64,000 nt of DNA, taken from positions 74,712,001 to 74,776,000 of the forward strand of contig NC_045696.1 in assembly GCF_009834535.1 (NCBI RefSeq), read 5' to 3'. Position 1 is the first letter of the stretch; every line of letters begins with the position of its first letter. This document shows positions 59,056-64,000 of the stretch, piece after piece. Source of the DNA: Camelus ferus. Lineage: Eukaryota. The position numbers and the translations under genes were made by a program. The notes beneath the pieces were generated by a model. That model searched no databases, was not told the origin of the DNA, and worked only from the letters and a program-made list of their open reading frames with translations.

Positions 59056-61549
59056 AAAGTAAGAGTTTTGCTTCATTTGATAACTTGGAAAGATATTAGA
59101 AAATAGATCAGCACAGGGAATATAGCCAACATTTTATAATAATTTAAAATGGACTGTAATCTATTAAAATTTTGAATCACTGTGTTATACACCTGAAACT
59201 AATATAATGCTGTAAATCAACTATACCTCAATTAAAAAAGAAAAGAAAACAGATCATTCATAATTTCAGGTCAGCTTGTTCTCTTGATGTATCATTGGAC
59301 ACATTGCTTTATAAACCATTTGAAATACACTTCAGAGTCCATCTGATATGTCAGGACTGATCTGATGTTAATGCAGATAAAATTGCACACTGAAGCTTTT
59401 CACAAATTTTAATCAGCAAAAGACGTAATAGGGCAATAAAATTATTGGCCTTAACGTATTAAATTGCTGAAAGAAAGGACTGTTGAGAAAGGAAACTGAT
59501 TCAGCATCTTAAGAGAACACTGTCAGGGGACTGCGCATCCTCAGTAATAATGACGTTGTTTCCTTTGAGGCAAGAATTACACTGTGGCAGCGTGTTTTCT
59601 TCCATTCTTCATAATTAGGAAAACTGGTAGAAAATACATTAAAAGAAAAATACTGACACTGCAGAATCTACTTTACGAAACATAAAATATCTGAGGGGTT
59701 TTTTTTTTGCATTAATATTTCTCCTTTGTAGCCTAACATATTTTCTCTAAAGTCTTGGCACAGCCTTCATTATTGTTACTGATAGCTAGTCTGATCAAAC
59801 AACAACAACTCAAGGCTTATTGTCTGTATGTCAGTCCTCAAGGGCATAACATACCAAGACAATCAATACTTGCAGTTTTCCTGCCTGAGCTAGCATATTC
59901 TGTATGTCAACCTAAAAATAAAATACGTTGAAGTAACACGTATATAAACTTATGTAGCCCACAGGAGGTGCTCAGTGGTTGGCTCTGAATCCAGATCTAT
60001 AAAAATGAGTGCCTTTTCAGAAATCCTTTGTGATCTCTAAGCATCAAGAATTTCCTCTGTGTACCCGGTGCAACACTTGGTTTTGCCTCGCTGGGTCGCT
60101 GGTCTTCCATTCTTGTAAAGCTGCACCAGAACGCGTTTGATGCTGCATCCTCGCTCCTCTTGCACTAGCTCTGTTAGAATTCAGATGATGGAATCACAGC
60201 AGTCATCACAAAATGTTACTGATCGTGTCCTCTGTCTCAGCCTTTATCAAGTTTGGAGTTAAAAAAAAAGAACTGCAATACTTATTAATGCAAGCTAGGA
60301 AAAACATTCAGGGGATTATCATCAATTAAGAATAACACAAACATTTAAGTACATTAGGAATTTTTTCATGCTGCAAAATATATGACATTGGCAATTATGA
60401 AAAACAAATATCAACATAAACATTTTTGTGTGGATATGTGTATGTATAGTCATTGCAAGTACCATCCTCTCTTTATGGAAATTCCAAAAATAAAACACTC
60501 ATGCAAACACTACTGAGATAAAGGATAAATATCTGGAGTCTGGAATTTTTTTTACCAATAGACATATGATCAGTAAGATTCATTCATCTATTTGCCATTA
60601 GAATAGTAAGAGATCCGCTAACCATTTCAAATAATATGACCTAGATACACAAAGAAGAAAGTGAAATTATATTTGGTCATGGCAGGTAACTTTATAACAC
60701 ACAAATAGGTTTGTTGTAGTATTAACAGTGTGATCCTGAAAAGACAAAAAAAGAAAAAAGATGAAGTGCTAGATACTTTGTGGATTTTACAAGTCTTTAC
60801 TGTTACTCATTATCACTTAAAAAATTTCTTTGTTCATTTGATATAGGTCTTGTGAGAAATCACAACACGAGTAAACATTTAATCGGTGCCATAAAGGGCT
60901 TCCGCATTGCCACGGGTCGCTTTGAAGTTGTGTGCTTCCCACTGATCTAGGTCGGTGCCAATGCCACGTTATGGGATTGCTATGGGAAAGCCCAAGGAGT
61001 AACTGAACCGAGTCCAAGGTCCTTGCTCTTGTATTCCTTCTTCAGGACGACTGAAACCGTTTTACAGTAGGAAGAATTTCATCTGCCATACAATAATAAA
61101 GACTACCAATGACTGACCTCCTAATATGTGCTATCATAGGAAATGTGCTTTTATATACTATTTTCCATGTAATCCACACAACATCCCCATGAGGGTTTTA
61201 CATAAGAGGCCCAGAAATTCAGCAGGTTGCCCAACGTCACCCAGCTATTGAAAGAGTCAGGATTTGAAACTACCAAGCATGCTGTTCCTTTTTCTTAAGA
61301 TATATCTTTCTTCCGCTACACTTTCAGTAAACTTTAGAAGTTCTTATTAAGTATATATTTTATTTTATTAAGTATATACATATATATCTCTTGATCAAAA
61401 AGTACAAAAAGAAGTGTCTCCCTCCTACCTGTGTCCCCAGCTGCCAGTCCTCCTCTTCAGAGGTGTTATAAGCTTCTATAAGTAATTATGTAGATATATC
61501 CCCCCACAATTTTTCTTATATAAATGGTAACTTACATTATGCTAGTGAT

Positions 61550-61657
61550 TTCTATTTATTCTTGTGTGTTTTTTTTTAATGGCAGTACCAGGGATTGAAC
61601 CCAGGACTTCGTGCATGCTAAGCACTGCACTCTACCACTGAGCTATACCCTGCCCCC
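61550..61657 (-). mobile_element. tRNA-Ala(AGC)-derived short SINE
   Basis: Same tRNA-like body with A/B boxes, T-run tail and flanking direct repeat TATGCTAGTGA. Confidence 0.85.
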
Positions 61658-62400
61658 TATGCTAGTGAGTTTTAAAAAGCATTCTCCTTGGAAACTAATT
61701 TTAAGATATTTACTTTTGAACATTTTTATTTTAAAAATTTTAGTGAATGGTCTATACACATGGCTAGAAACTAAAACAATACAAAAGATTGAAAAGCCTC
61801 TCTGCCTCTTGTCCTTGAAATTCTTCAGTACCTCCCCTCAGACTGAACCACTGTTAACCAGTTTCTTTTATAACTTTCCAGAGCTCTTCTTTGCAAATAA
61901 AAGCATATATTTGTATTCTTTCCTCCCACTATATTTTATTTACATAAGCATAGCATACTGAACACATTGTTTTGTACCTGACTTCTTCCACTAAACCCTA
62001 GTATCTTGAAGATCATTCCATGTCCATATTTATAATTCCATCTTATTCATTTTCAATGTCAGACAGAATTCCATTATATGTTTACACCATAATTTATTTC
62101 ACCAGTTCTCTATACATGGACATTTATGTTATTTCTAGTCTTTTGCTAGTATAAAGAATCTCGCAGTGACTGTCCTTTTCTGTGTGCATGTGTGAGAGAG
62201 TTCTTTTTAATGCAGGATGGATTCTCAGAAGTGGAATTGCTGAGTCACAGGGTATACGCATTTATTTTAATGGTCGTTGCCAAATCACACACAGGTTGTA
62301 CAATTTACATTCCCCCACTAACGTGTTTGGAATTACACTTTGTCGTCCAAACCTCACCAGCACAGAACTTTATCAAACTTCTGTCAAGATGGTATTTTAT

Positions 62401-62503
62401 GGGGGGCGGGGTATAGCTCAGTGGTAGAGTGTGTACTTAGCACGCATGAGGTCTTGGGTTCAATCTCTAGTACCTCTATTTTAAAAAAAAAAAAAGACAA
62501 AAA
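62401..62503 (+). mobile_element. tRNA-Ala(AGC)-derived short SINE
   Basis: GGGGGGCGGGGTATAGCTCAGTGGTAGAG...GGGTTCAATC..., A13 tail, flanking repeat AAGATGG..TTTTA. Confidence 0.85.
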
Positions 62504-64000
62504 AGATGGGTTTTTAGAAAAGATGTTCCATTTATTCATCAGCTATTTAGGCAGAGCCCTGATTGTATTGACTGTACCATTAATGGTGTACCATATCTAG
62601 GAGTACATTCTTGGGGCTCTAGACTGTGGATGACAAAATCAAGGTGAACCTTTGGTCAGCTAATTTATGGAATACCCACTCTGGGCCAGGCACTGGGAAT
62701 ACTGGGAGAAATGAGCCCTGGTTCCACTCAGGGACTGTAACTGTTCCCACATTGGGTGGAAATGGCTGCTAACACTTCCCAGTTGCTACTTGGAGAATGG
62801 ATCCCAAATGTTCACTTGGGCTTAGACTTCCACCAAAGCTTGAGAAGATGTGGGTGGTGGTTGTGCAATCCTTCTATTTGAAATCTTTTATCTTCACTCT
62901 GGCATCTGAATAAGACAGCTGCAAACAAAAGAGGAGGCACTCAGCACACCTAATAGGTGGTACTCCCTTTTTAATTGTAGCGTGCTCTGTATCTCTAACC
63001 AGGGAACAGGCTATAGCAATTGTTTTATTTTGTTGGTAGGTGGGGAGAAGGTGTTTCTTTGTTCTTTTTTAGGGGGGAGGGGGAAGATATCAAAGGTTTA
63101 TATATATATATGAGAAATAGAGGAATTATTAACTATAAAACCATCAGTTTTTGCAGATGATTCAAATAACTGCCATCTTCCAGCCCTACTTAAACTGCAA
63201 GAAAGCCTAGATTTAAACCTACCACTATGTTTGTTGATTTCTGATAAAGACATCAAAAGGTGTCCATAATCCAGATGGAAACACTCAATCATTGAAGAAT
63301 TTGAACATTAAGTTAGGTCATAATTAGCCTATTATACATAATACCGTGAGGTGTGATTTTTGAGTCCAGCCTCTCTGTCCACCCCTCCCATTACCTCTGG
63401 TAGCTTATATAGAATCTCATTATGCTACTCTTAAGATTACTCACCCTCTTTATCAACTGTCATACTTTGATAAACTAACACAGGGATTAAAAAGCCTCTG
63501 ATTTTATTGCTTGTACCATCAGCGCTGCACTAAATCTAGGAGTATGTTTTGGGGGAACTCAGACTCTGGGTGACAAAAGCAAGCAGAGTAATTTACAAGC
63601 TGAACCTTTGACCATTTCATATTGTTCTGTCAGCTGTTAGAAGCATCAAAGTCATTCCCACTGTGCCAGCTGGGCTAGAGAAAGAAACAGACAGCAATGT
63701 GCCCAGAACCTTTTTGGTATCTACCCCCTGGGACATGCGAACAAAGAGATTCTGAAGGATTCAGCAAGATATCCCTTCTGAAAGGTTCTTGACTAACACT
63801 CAACAGTAAGTTTTGACTGCAGTTGCTAGTTTGAAGCCTTACTGTAAAAACTTTTCCTAAAATTGCTCTACTTCACATCATTATCACTATGATCATAATC
63901 ACAACTGTTAACTAATATTTACTGAGCTGTGTTTGTTATAAAATGCTGACCCTGAGGGTACAATAGCAATAAGGCATATAAAACCAGGAAAATATACATA

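Noticed and set aside
62408..62478. Possible functional tRNA-Ala gene
   Set aside because: Stem mismatches, G-rich leader, poly(A) tail, flanking direct repeats and multiple diverged copies indicate a SINE.

Overview
Mammalian genomic DNA, probably camelid judging from the short tRNA-Ala(AGC)-derived SINEs (inference). It covers the conserved NDUFB5-MRPL47-ACTL6A cluster. NDUFB5 (minus strand) has coding exons 1-4 here and runs off the left edge. It sits head-to-head with MRPL47 (plus strand, 7 coding exons), with only 197 bp between the start codons. MRPL47 is tail-to-tail with ACTL6A/BAF53A (minus strand, 14 coding exons, intact 429-aa ORF, U12-type intron 5). ACTL6A intron 1 carries a disabled, processed HNRNPA3 retrocopy with a poly(A) tail and 18-bp TSDs. 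The rest is introns and flank filled with L1, L2, MIR, LTR and hAT relics. The most notable anomalies are: (1) a +1 frameshift in MRPL47 exon 2, most likely an assembly error, although a cryptic acceptor would restore the frame; (2) a 267-bp, ~97% identical inverted duplication in MRPL47 intron 4; (3) a 100-bp inverted copy of nearby LTR sequence filling an L1 deletion junction, so that inverted repeats bracket MRPL47 exon 4; (4) candidate L1 3' transductions and 40-50 bp L1 insertions with TSDs. I see no convincing new multi-gene system. Repeat family names and orthologue comparisons are from memory and were not database-verified.
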